A stretch of 64,000 nt of DNA from Macrostomum hystrix (GCA_950097015.1 CATNEN010000003.1:11408001-11472000), one strand, 5' to 3'; shown: positions 35,681 to 48,067, numbered from the stretch's first letter. Notes: a model not told the origin generated them from the sequence alone. Numbers and translations are program-made.

Positions 35681-38342
35681 TCTTCTTCGTCTTCAAATAA
35701 AAAACCTTCGCCTTTGGCGTCGGATAAGTCTGTTCCTACTACAAATACTACTAACGTAAGTAGTTCAAAATTTGAATCGGATCGAGTGTTGGCAGCCGAA
35801 TTGGAGCAATGCGACCTGCGCGCTACGCAACGCGAAACTGAAGCCCGCTGTCGCCAGCTGGAATTGGAGGCGGCACAATGGGCCGAAGATCTAGCCGGCC
35901 TGCAAGAGGAATTGGTCACTATTAAAATGCGCGAAGCTGAAGCCGCTCTAAGATTGCGAGATTTGCAACAGCAGCAATCTAATTCTTCTTCGTCGGCGTT
36001 GTCTTCGTCAACCTGTCCGCAGTGTAGAGAATTGCGTCATCGCCTGATGCAGTCGGAAGCGGAGCATCAGTTGTGCGCTGGCCGACTTAGCCGGGCCTGG
36101 CAGGGGCGAGACAGGGCCGAACAGTTGCTGACGGAATCTGTTGAGAGAGAGAAGGCTCTTCGCAATGAATTGCGCGAAGCCGAGCGGCGATTGGCTCAGG
36201 TGGAGGCGGCTAGACGGGAGGAACAGGTGCGATTTTTTGTTGGAATAATGGGCCGATATGTAGCGAAAAAGCATTTTTAAAGGATTTACCGATATGTATC
36301 GAAATATGTCTCTTTTTACTGTCCTGAGAATATGTGTAAAATTTTGTATTTAAAAGCGTCCCGATATGTACTGAAAGACGTATTTAATAGTGTGCCGATA
36401 TGTATAGAAAATGGTATTCAATAGTGAATTTAAAAGTTCTTCATAATGTTTCGAATATTTATTTACTCGTAAGTTTATTTTACTTATTCGCCGATGCGCT
36501 AATAAACTGAAAATGCTACACATATCTATCCGCCCCTTAAATATGATTTACACAGATGAACAAGGTTGGCAGATTTTAAGGCGAGGTTTTTTAGGCGAAA
36601 TCTACCCATTTTTGTTCATTTAAAGCCTGTGTTTTAATGCGCGAAGCATTTTTAGCCTCATTTACAAATTTCTGAAATACTAGAATACGGAAATTGCTGA
36701 GTAGGCCTCAGACAGGCAAAAAGCTTTGACAGTTGATATCGGTTTTTCAGTCCTAATTTAGCCCAGGTTTCCACCTCCACAGGTGCCTTAAAAGGCACCA
36801 TCTTTCTCTTAACACAGCTGGTTAGACAGCAGTTATTAATTCTATTTTTCTAGTCATTTTATTATTCTAGCTCGGCTTTTTTCCTGGCTGTCTCTAACAT
36901 AGTTAATCCTATTTGTCGCGCCTTTTCAAATTCGGAAAATTTAGGGGAAGAACAGAAGCCCAGTCAATTTAATAACTGAGATTATAGGGATTATTATTGG
37001 GATTGTGTCTATTTAAAATGTCTATTTCCAACATTTATGGAATTTAAGACTTTGTCATTTCACCTCTATCCGCCCCTTCCCAACATCTCATATAATATTA
37101 ATCTGTCATCCCTACAGATCTTTCCCCCCTTGCCTACTTTCGACCATCTCTTACCGCTTCTTCCCTTCATCTCTATCCGCCCCTCACCAACATCTTTATC
37201 CGCCCCATTCCTACATATCTATCCGCCCCTTACCTAAATATCTATCCGCCCCTTAACTAAATATATATCCGCCCCTTACCTAAATATCTATCCGCCCCTT
37301 ACCTAAATATATATCCGCCCCTTAACTAAATATATATCCGCCCCTTACCTAAATATATATCCGCCCCTTAACTAAATATATATCCGCCCCTTACCTAAAT
37401 ATCTATTCGCCCCTTACCTAAATATATATCCGCCCCTTACCTGCATATCTATCCGCCCCTTACCTGCATATCTATCCGCCCCTTACCTGCATATCTATCC
37501 GCCCCTTACCTAAATATCTATCCGCCCCATTCCTACATCTCTATCCGCCCCTTACCTACATCCCTATCTGCCCCTTACCTTCATCTCTATCCGCCCCTTA
37601 CCTGCATCTCTATCCGCCCCTTACCTTCATCTCTATCCGCCCCTTACCTGCATCTCTATCCGCCTCTTACCTGCATCTCTATCTGCCCCTTACCTGCATC
37701 TCTATCCGCCCCTTACCTACATCTATATCCACCCCTTACCTGCATCTCTATCCGCCTCTTACCTGCATATCTATCCGCCCCTTACCTACATATCTATCCG
37801 CCCCTTACCTACATATCTATCCGCCTCTTACCTGCATATCTATCCGCCCCTTACCTACATATCTATCCGCCCCTTACCTACATATCTATCCGCCCCTTAC
37901 CTACATCTCTATCCGCCTCATCCCTACATCTCTATCTGCCCTATTCCCAACTTGCCTACACCGCCAGGTGCTGTGGCGCCTGAAGGAGACGGAGCGCAGC
38001 GCAGATCTAGCCCAACGCGTGGCTCGCCTAGAATGCGAACAAGCCGAAGAGGTGGCCGCAGCCAAGATCATTGGCAGCGGCGGATCAAATTCAAAGGCGC
38101 TGCAAGCCTGCGCTGCCGGCAATGCGTCTAGTTCGTCTAACAATCGTTTGGGTCTACTGCGTGGCAAATGGAAGGATTTACCAGAGAGTATTATGACGGA
38201 CAGTATTGGACCATTGGAAGATCTTTGCTTTGTGCCGGACGACCCACTAATTACTAGTATCTACATGGCTGGCGGTGGAGATAGTAGGTATCCAGCTACT
38301 GCTTCTATGTCGGCCTCTCAATTGTCATTCGATATGCAGCAT

Positions 38343-38373
<31 letters not shown>

Positions 38374-38384
38374 CACCGCAATAA
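35681..38384 (+). CDS. EVI5-like coiled-coil C-terminal exons; upstream TBC-domain exons not found
   Basis: Exons 35681..36226 and 37968..38384 with a phase-0 GT-AG junction. LAGLQEELVTIKMREAEAALRLRDLQ and VLWRLKETERSADLAQRVARLE resemble the EVI5/EVI5L coiled-coil segments (LQEELIAVKLREAEA; VRLREAD...ELRQHIAELE). Confidence 0.65.
37160..37945. repeat. Minisatellite, 23-bp unit
   Basis: Repeats of CATATCTATCCGCCCCTTACCTA, ending ~20 bp before the acceptor at 37967. Confidence 0.93.
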
Positions 38385-39119
38385 CATCAACAAAAAATAG
38401 CGGGAACAAAAAATGTCGTCTATCTGCCTGAATTTCATTAAAAGATTCTGCTTCTGCTTCTGTGAAGCAGAAAAAACAGGTTGAGATTTTTAATTAAATT
38501 TGCTGTTATTCAAATGCTTTTCTATTGTTCTTTTTTTACCCGAATCAGTTTTTTTCTAGATTTCGATTTAATCGGATATCCGCTTTTGTTGCTTTACATT
38601 TCTAGTTTCATTCTGCTTGCTTTTGTACACTACTTGCTTTTTGTTGCGTGTGTCTTTACTACGGCTATTCTTGTACTTGCAATACTCGTCTATTGTTATT
38701 TTTTGTGATATTAATATAAGACACAAAATAGAAGTGAAATATTTTTGTATTTTAATCAATCAAACATTCTCATTTTGTGCATAAACTTTTTTCACGCTTA
38801 ATTTTGTTTGATAAAGCAATTAGTGGTTTTAACATAGACGTCTGGAGTTCGAATCTCAGCCTTTCAAGATGGGAAAGCTATAGCTGCAACTATATTAGCT
38901 TTTTACCTCAACCCTTTCTTGCACATTTTGTTTTATCTTTTGTAATAATTAATCAAGTCAAATATAACCAGCACCTTTTCCTTACTTATTTTGAGCATCA
39001 AATTCTGCCCCTAGAAGAAATCATTTTAGGTATTGTGTACTCTAAATATAAATATTCATTTTTGTTATTTTGAATTAAAATTCGTGTCCTTTTCTGTTTT
39101 GTCGACTAGCCTAATTAGC

Positions 39120-39555
39120 TATCTAGTTTATCTATCTAGTACTTACCTTGCTATTAACCTGTTTATCTACATGCCCATCTACTTGCCTACCTGACTACGT
39201 ATCTACCTGGCAAAGTATCTACCCACCTGGTCTATCTACCCCTGTATCTAGCTGTCGGCCTACCAATCTTCCCGCATACATGTACCTAGTCCACCTATAT
39301 ACATACCTACCTATCTAACAATCTACCTACCTACCTGTCTACCAATCTACCTGCCTACCTACCTACCTACCTGTCTACCAACCTGTCTACCAATCTACCT
39401 GTAATGGTTTTATTCCTTTCCTTAGAGGCAGTGATCGAACGGTAGCGTGAATGATGATTGGTTCATGTCCGTCAACCAATATACCTACCTAACAGTCTTC
39501 CTATATACCTACCTACCTATCTGTCTACCCCTATATCTACCAATCTACCTACCTT
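39120..39555. repeat. Degenerate (CTAC/CTAT)n simple repeat
   Basis: Runs of CTACCTACCTAC and ATCTACC. Confidence 0.65.
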
Positions 39556-39651
39556 TGCCTAAAGCCAGTCTCTGTAATTCAGTTTCCAGAGCGCATTTCT
39601 TTAACTAAACCGGTATAAACAAAAAGAAATCAAGAAGCAGCAAAAACAGCA

Positions 39652-42014
39652 ATGCAGAGCCTACTAAACAAACTCGGTATTCTTGGCCTCGGCGCTGCAG
39701 CCGTTGGCAGCGCTGTTCAAGCCGCAATCTACAATGTCGACGCCGGAGAGCAGGCCGTCATCTTTGACAGATTCGCCGGCGTCAAACAGGAGGTCCACGG
39801 CGAGGGCACGCATTTTCGCATTCCCTGGCTGCAGAAGGCAATCATTTTCGAGACTCGCTGCCGGCCTCGCCTAGTGTCTGTGGTGACTGGCAGCAAGGAT
39901 CTGCAGAATGTCAACATCTCTCTGCGCATCCTGTTCAGGCCCCAGACTGAGCAGTTGCCCCAGATACTCAACAATCTTGGCGCCGACTATGACGAACGCG
40001 TACTGCCATCTATCACTAACGAAGTGTTGAAAGCTGTGGTGGCACAGTTTGACGCATCGGAGCTAATCACTCAGCGAGAACTGGTGTCGCAAAAGGTAAG
40101 ACCTCTGACAACCTGTTGCTTATCGTTCTGTCACTCTTAATCCTTTAGTCACTCACCTAATTCGCCAGTCACTCTCCTAATCCTCCAGTCACTCCCCTAA
40201 TCCTCCAGTCACTCTCCTAATCCTCCAGTCACTCCCCTAATCCTCCAGTCACTCCCCTAATCCTCCAGTCACTCCCCTAATCCTCCAGTCACTCTCCTAA
40301 TCCTCCAGTCACTCTCCTAATTCTCCAGTCACTCTCCTAATCCTTAAGTCACTCTCCTAATCCTCCAGTCACTCTCCTAATCCTTAAGTCACTCTCCTAA
40401 TCCTCCAGTTACTCTCCAAATCCTATAAACACCCCATGATAATTCCGTCACTGTGTTAATCCTAAGTCACTCTCCTTAATCCCCTAATCACAATCTTAAT
40501 CCTGTACTCCATTCTTCAAATATTTTAGTTGTGAAGATCTTTTTAGTCTGTAATATGTCTAATCCTTTTTGCATATTTTTAATTGTTAAACCATCTTTCT
40601 AATCCTTAATCAATATTTCTAATGCGTATTCCATATCTTTCTAATCCTTAATCAATATTTCTAATGCGTATTCCATATCTTTCTAATCCTTAATCAATAT
40701 TTCTAATGCGTATTCCATATCTTTCTAATCCTTAATCAATATTTCTAATGCGTATTCCATATCTTTCTAATCCTTAATCCATCTTTCTAATCCTTAATCC
40801 ATCTTTCTTATCCTTAATCCATCTTTCTTATCCTTAATCCATCTTTCTAATCCTTAATCCATCTTTCTTATCCTTAATCCATCTTTCGAATCCTTAATCC
40901 AACTTTCGAATCTTTAATCCATCTTTCTAATCCTTAATCCATCTTTCTTATCCTTAATCCATCTTTCTTATCCTTAATCCATCTTTCTTATCCTTAATCC
41001 ATCTTTCTAATCCTTAATCCATCTTTCTAATCCTTAATCCATCTTTCTTATCCTTAATCCATCTTTCTTATCCTTAATCCATCTTTCTAATCCTTAATCC
41101 ATCTTTCTAATCCTTAATCCATCTTTCTAATCCTTAATCAATCTTTCTTATCCTTAATCCATCTTTCTTATCCCTAATCCATCTTTCTAATCCTTAATCC
41201 ATCTTTCTAATCCTTAATCAATATTTCTAATGCGTATTCCATATCTTTCTAATCCTTAATCCATCTTTCGAATCCTTAATCCAACTTTCGAATCTTTAAT
41301 TCATCTTTCTAATCCTTAATCCATCTTTCTTATCCTTAATCCATCTTTCTTATTCTTAATCCATCTTTCTAATCCCTAATCCATCTTTCGAATCCTTAAT
41401 CCATCTTTCTAATCCTTAATCCATCTTTCTAATCCTTAATCCATCTTTCTAATCCTTAATCCATCTTTCTAATCCTTAATCTATCTTTCTAATCCTTAAT
41501 CCATCTTTCTAATCCTTAATCCATCTTTCTAATCCTTAATCCATATTTTTAATCCTTAATCCATCTTTCTAATCCTTAATCGATCTTTCTAATCCTTAAT
41601 CCATCTTTCAAATCCATCACTCCAATATATGCTATGCAGGTTCGCGAAGACCTAGTAGCTCGCGCCTTCAGCTTCGGCATCACCGTAGACGACATCGCCC
41701 TGACTCACCTGACATTCGGCAAAGAATTCTCCGAGGCTGTCGAAGCCAAACAAGTGGCTCAGCAGGACGCCGAGCGAGCCAGATTCCTAGTTGAGAAGGC
41801 CGAGCAGACTAAGCAGGCAGCCATCGTGTCAGCCGAAGGTGACGCCCTCGCCGCCAAGCTGCTCTCCGAAGCGTTCGGCAAAGTTGGCGAAGGCCTCATC
41901 GAACTCAGACGCATCGAAGCGGCCGAAGATGTGGCCTATCAGCTAGGCAAGAATCCCAGGGTGGCCTATTTGCCAACTGGCCAGACCACACTGCTGCAAC
42001 TGTCGGCCCAGTGA
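39652..42014 (+). CDS. PHB1: Prohibitin-1, 2 exons (272 aa)
   Basis: Exons 39652..40095 and 41640..42014. [94 protein letters not shown]. Confidence 0.97.
40140..40420. repeat. Minisatellite, 20-bp unit, PHB1 intron
   Basis: Repeats of TCCTCCAGTCACTCCCCTAA. Confidence 0.92.
40590..41612. repeat. Minisatellite, 20-bp unit, PHB1 intron
   Basis: Repeats of ATCTTTCTAATCCTTAATCC. Confidence 0.93.
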
Positions 42015-42437
42015 ATTTAGACTGCCAGCTAAAATATTTGTTTGGCTTTTAATTAAAGACGCGATTTTTTGTCATCTTTGTGGCTCGAAAAGTTTTTTTT
42101 CTCTCAAGAAGACGCGAATATCTAATATTGAATTAGCATTTGTTCTAGTTTGGCTGTTTAACTGTGTCTGCCCGCCCACAACCCGATAATGAAAGCTGTC
42201 AATTTTGTTAGCGAGTGTGTTAAATGCCAGCTGTTGTTGGTCAATTTTTTTAATAACAAAGTTGATTAGAAAAATAAAAATCATATTTCATAAAAAATGA
42301 AACATTGACTTTGATACTATTGATTTTTAGTTTTTTCATTATTTCTATTTGTCATGGCGTCACAACTATAGCGTGGACCATGAACAATATCCCTTTTAGG
42401 GATTTTGGATAGAAACTCAGTTTTACGGATTCGGGAT

Positions 42438-42570
42438 GAAATCTCCCCTTTAGGGGATTTCGCAAAGAAATCTCCCCTTTAGGGGATTTCGCAAAGAAAT
42501 CTCCCCTTTAGGGGATTTCGCAAAGAAATCTCCCCTATATGGGATTTCGATCCCCTGCTAGGGGATTTTT
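42438..42570. repeat. Short tandem array of a self-complementary 29-bp unit
   Basis: GAAATCTCCCCTTTAGGGGATTTCGCAAA, 3-4 copies. Confidence 0.8.
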
Positions 42571-42954
42571 ATCTCAATTTTAAATCATGAATTCCAAGGA
42601 TTAGATTGCCAAGAATGCGTAAGAGATTGTACTTTTTCATATTATGGGATTAAAGTTTATTGATCTATTTGATTTTTGCCTTGCAAGTCGACATACAATC
42701 CTTTATTCTCAAACGCGATCTTAAGAGGGAATCTTTTCGAGTTGTCGTTTCCTTTGACTGCATTTCATTTCCTATCAACCAAAGAGCATTTAGTGATGAG
42801 TCTTTGAATTTGAGTTTGCTGGATTGTGCGAGCATAGTCCCACCCTGCTCTGCTGATGCAGTGTCTAAAAAACTCAATTAAACTCAGTCTCGTGATGGGA
42901 GCAGAAACATTTTAAACAGTCTAACATATAGTGATGGGCAGATGTACAGCCAAA

Positions 42955-43835
42955 AAACAGAAAGATGATATCTGCTACAGTAAGACACGGAAAGATGATA
43001 TCTGCTACAGTAGGAAACAGAAAGATGATATCTACTACAGTAGGAAACAGAAAGATGATATCTACTACAGTAAGAAACAGAAAGATGATATCTGCTACAG
43101 TAAGACACGGAAAGATGATATCTGCTACAGTAAGACACGGAAAGATGATATCTGCTACAGTAGGAAACAGAAAGATGATATCTACTACAGTAGGAAACAG
43201 AAAGATGATATCTACTACAGTAAGAAGCAGAAAGATGATATCTGCTACAGTAAGACACGGAAAGATGATATCTGCTACAGTAAGACACGGAAAGATGATA
43301 TCTGCTACAGTAAGACACGGAAAGATGATATCTGCTACAGTAAGACACGGAAAGATGATATCTGCTACAGTAGGAAACAGAAAGATGATATCTACTACAG
43401 TAGGAAACAGAAAGATGATATCTGCTACAGTAGGAAACAGAAAGATGATATCTACTACAGTAAGAAACAGAAGGATGATATCTTCTACAGTAAGAAACAG
43501 AAGGATGATATCTTCTACAGTAAGAAACAGAGAGGTGATATCTGCTACAGTAAGACACGGAAAGATGATATCTTCTACAGTAAGAAACAGAAAGATGATA
43601 TCTGCTACAGTAAGACACGGAAAGATGATATCTGCTACAGTAAGAAACAGAAGGATGATATCTACTACAGTAAGAAACAGAAGGATGATATCTACTACAG
43701 TAAGAAACAGAAGGATGATATCTTCTACAGTAAGAAACAGAAGGATGATATCTTCTACAGTAAGAAACAGAAGGATGATATCTTCTACAGTAAGAAACAG
43801 AGAGGTGATATCTGCTGCAGTAAGAAACAGAAAGG
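42955..43835. repeat. Minisatellite, 30-bp unit
   Basis: Repeats of AAAGATGATATCTGCTACAGTAAGACACGG and variants. Confidence 0.95.
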
Positions 43836-43871
43836 TGTCTTACTACAATTTAATTTAATTGATTACATATT

Positions 43872-44148
43872 TCCGATGGGCCAGATGTGCGGCCGACAGC
43901 ACAGCCGCAGCTATTGCGCGGTGCATCTGAAGGCTGCGTACGACTGATCAGTCCATGGACTGGGGGGACGCCACAACCACCTTCAATTTTCCCAGCTGAT
44001 GCTGGTACCCATTTAACAGCTGGGTGAACTGAAGCAATGCAGAGTTTAAGTGTCTTGTTAAAGGACAAATTGTTCCAGTGGAGTCAGGAATCGAACCCCC
44101 GACCTTCAAGTCGTGAGTCCGACACTCTAACCACAAGGCTACAACCTC
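43872..44148 (-). mobile_element. SINE family A, near full-length
   Basis: Minus strand GGTTGTAGCCTTGTGGTTAGAGTGTCGGACTCACGACTTGAAGGTCGGGGGTTCGATTCCTGACTCCA plus the shared body. Confidence 0.88.
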
Positions 44149-45137
44149 TTGGACAGTCACTCACTCACTCACTCCCTCACTCACTCACTCACTCAATCAA
44201 TCACTGTTTTACTACAGTAAGAAAAAGTCAGTTTACATGTACTTAAGTCGAAAAATTAATACTTAATTAGCTTCTAAAGTAAAAAACGGACAGTTTTTAT
44301 CTACTACAGACAGTCCAAAGTAGATAATCGGTCTCTACAACAGCAAAAACATCTACTACAGTACAAAAAGCTAACGGTATCTACCACAACGGCATCTACT
44401 AAAAGCAAGGATCTTAGAATTCCTTTCTTAGAAAGGTTATTTAATTTCTGGGCAAGCTTGCGTGTCAAGTATGCGGTCGAGAAAAGATTAGGAACTAAAA
44501 TTTGTAACTCATGCAATTTCTTTCCGTAAACAAGCTTGTCTTCGTAGCTTCGAAATCGGGTTATGCTAAAGTTAATGCTGAACCTTACTGGTTTATATTG
44601 TACAGGAAATTAATACCATTGACTCTGTTGACCTTACACTATAAATCACGCAATGTATCTATAAAGAAAACATTTTGATTGACAGATGCCAGTTACCATG
44701 CAGTGAAAGGCGACAGCTCAAAATGTTTTTTATTATTATCGAAGAAAGTATCTGGGCGTTTCAGCAGTTTTAAAGTACATTTTGAAACATAGTACTGAAT
44801 ATCCAAGGAATGACAATTCGTTTGCTATTGTGTATCTTGTATACCGATAAATAAAAATTTATCTGTATAGCTTTTTTTTAATTGAAGTGGCACTTAAGTC
44901 TGTTATTGACAATTGTCGATCCACTTAATCCTGGCTGTTAAAAAAATCAACTGCTAAAATGTTTTGCCTCCCGCTCTATCGCCTTAGTCCGTTGCTATCC
45001 TGGTTTATTGGCTTGCTTTTTGGGAGATATATTCCTAATATTTATTTGCCTTCATGACTTGTGCCTTCAATCATTCGCGTACCTACAAAATTCACTGATT
45101 CAATTTGACTCCTCCACCTACAAATACATCACTAAAT

Positions 45138-45637
45138 TCACTCACTCACTCACTTAACACTCACTCACTCACTCACTCACTCACTCACTCACTCACTCAC
45201 TCACTCACTCACTCACTCACTCACTCACTCACTCACTCACTCACTCACTCACTCACTCACTCACTGACTCACTCACTCACCCACTCACTCACTCACTCAC
45301 TCACTGACTCACTCACTCACTCACTCACTCACTCACTCACCCACTCACTCACTCACTCACTCACTCACTCATTCACTCACTCACTCACTCACTCACTCAC
45401 CCACTCACTCACTCACTCACTCACTCATTCACTCACTCACTCACTCACTCACTCACCCACTCACTCACTCACTCACTCACTCACTCACTCACTCACTCAC
45501 CCACTCACTCACTCACTCACTCACTCACTCACTCACTCACTCACTCACTCACTCACTCACTCACTCACTCACTCACTCACTCACTCACTCACTCACTCAC
45601 TCACTCACTCACTCACTCACTCACTCACTCACTCACT
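45138..45637. repeat. (TCAC)n microsatellite, ~500 bp
   Basis: Near-perfect TCAC run. Confidence 0.97.
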
Positions 45638-47637
45638 CCTTCAGATCTGATTCAGTGAGTCACTCTCAATTCCTTCAGCTTTGATTCAGTGAGTCACTCT
45701 CAATTCCTTCAGCTCTGATTCAGTGAGTCATTCTCAATTCCTTCAGCTGTGATTCAGTGAGTCATTCTCAATTCCTTCAGCTCTGATTCAGTGAGTCACT
45801 CTCAATTCCTTCAGCTCTGATTCAGTGAGTCACTCTCAATTCCTTCAGATCAGATTCAGTGAGTCACTCTCAATTCCTTCAGCTCTGATTCAGTGAGTCA
45901 CTCTCAATTCCTTTAGCTCTGATTCAGTGAGTCACTCTCAATTCCTTCAGCTCTGATTCAGTGAGTCACTCTCAATTCCTTCAGATCAGATTCAGTGAGT
46001 CACTCTCAATTCCTTCAGCTCTGATTCAGTGAGTCACTCTCAATTCCTTTAGCTCTGATTCAGTGAGTCACTCTCAATTCCTTCAGCTCTGATTCAGTGA
46101 GTCACTCTCAATTCCTTTAGCTCTGATTCAGTGAGTCACTCTCAATTCCTTCAGCTTTGATTCAGTGAGTCACTCTCAATTCCTTCAGCTCTGATTCAGT
46201 GAGTCACTCTCAATTCCTTTAGCTCTGATTCAGTGAGTCACTCTCAATTCCTTCAGATCTGATTCAGTGAGTCACTCTCAATTCCTTTAGCTCTGATTCA
46301 GTGAGTCACTCTCAATTCCTTCAGCTCTGATTCAGTGAGTCATTCTCAATTCCTTCAGCTCTGATTCAGTGAGTCACTCTCAATTCCTTCAGATCTGATT
46401 CAGTGAGTCACTCTCAATTCCTTCAGCTTTGATTCAGTGAGTCACTCTCAATTCCTTCAGCTGTGATTCAGTGAGTCATTCTCAATTCCTTCAGCTGTGA
46501 TTCAGTGAGTCATTCTCAATTCCTTCAGCTCTGATTCAGTGAGTCACTCTCAATTCCTTCAGCTTTGATTCAGTGAGTCACTCTCAATTCCTTCAGCTCT
46601 GATTCAGTGAGTCACTCTCAATTCCTTCAGCTCTGATTCAGTGAGTCACTCTCAATTCCTTCAGCTCTGATTCAGTGAGTCACTCTCAATTCCTTCAGCT
46701 CTGATTCAGTGAGTCACTCTCAATTCCTTCAGCTCTGATTCAGTGAGTCACTCTCAATTCCTTCAGATCAGATTCAGTGAGTCACTCTCAATTCCTTCAG
46801 ATCTGATTCAGTGAGTCACTCTCAATTCCTTCAGATCTGATTCAGTGAGTCACTCTCAATTCCTTCAGCTCTGATTCAGTGAGTCACTCTAAATTCCTTC
46901 AGATCAGATTCAGTGAGTCACTCTCAATTCCTTCAGCTCTGATTCAGTGAGTCACTCTCAATTCCTTCAGATCAGATTCAGTGAGTCACTCTCAATTCCT
47001 TCAGATCTGATTCAGTGAGTCACTCTCAATTCCTTCAGATCAGATTCAGTGAGTCACTCTCAATTCCTTCAGATCTGATTCAGTGAGTCACTCTCAATTC
47101 CTTCAGCTCTGATTCAGTGAGTCACTCTCAATTCCTTCAGCTTTGATTCAGTGAGTCACTCTCAATTCCTTCAGCTCTGATTCAGTGAGTCACTCTCAAT
47201 TCCTTCAGCTCTGATTCAGTGAGTCACTCACAATTCCTTCAGCTCTGATTCAGTGAGTCACTCTCAATTCCTTCAGCTCTGATTCAGTGAGTCACTCTCA
47301 ATTCCTTCAGCTCTGATTCAGTGAGTCACTCTCAATTCCTTCAGCTCTGATTCAGTGAGTCACTCTCAATTCCTTTAGCTTTGATTCAGTGAGTCACTCT
47401 CAATTCCTTCAGCTCTGATTCAGTGAGTCACTCTCAATTCCTTTAGCTCTGATTCAGTGAGTCACTCTCAATTCCTTCAGATCTGATTCAGTGAGTCACT
47501 CTCAATTCCTTTAGCTCTGATTCAGTGAGTCACTCTCAATTCCTTCAGCTCTGATTCAGTGAGTCACTCTCAATTCCTTTAGCTCTGATTCAGTGAGTCA
47601 CTCTCAATTCCTTCAGCTCTGATTCAGTGAGTCACTG
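45638..47637. repeat. 2-kb minisatellite, 34-bp unit containing TGAGTCA
   Basis: Unit CCTTCAGCTCTGATTCAGTGAGTCACTCTCAATT, about 59 copies. Confidence 0.97.
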
Positions 47638-47899
47638 TAACCCATTTTTATACTTTTCGTGACTATATTACAATATTAGAATATTATTTAAACAAGAGGG
47701 CTTTCAGGAATTTGATACATTTTGAATAACTGAAATTTATCTTTCGTCTGTGTCTAATGAAACCTTTTAAATGAAAAAGCCAATATTACAGATATTGAGA
47801 AGGAAGCTTGACAAAATGGATGGATCAATATCACAAAAAGAAATATATTAATTTTTTGACTGCCTCCATTGACTCCAACGAAAATATGATTCGTTAGAC

Positions 47900-48062
47900 T
47901 GCCTCCATTGGGTCAGATGTGCAGCCGACAGCACAGCCGCAGCTAATGCGCGGCGCATCTGAAGGCTGCGCACGGCTATTCAGTCCATGGACTGGAGGGT
48001 CGCCACACACACCGTTAACTACCCCAGCTGATGCTGGTACCCATTTAACAGCTGGGTGAACT
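47900..48062 (-). mobile_element. SINE family A, 5'-truncated copy
   Basis: Matches 43872..44030 (CAGCACAGCCGCAGC...CAGTCCATGGACTG...GGTACCCATTTAACAGCTGGGTGAACT). Confidence 0.82.
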
Positions 48063-48067
48063 AAAAA

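Noticed and set aside
42884-43947. 244-338 aa repetitive ORFs
   Set aside because: Products of a 30-bp minisatellite that is open in several frames.
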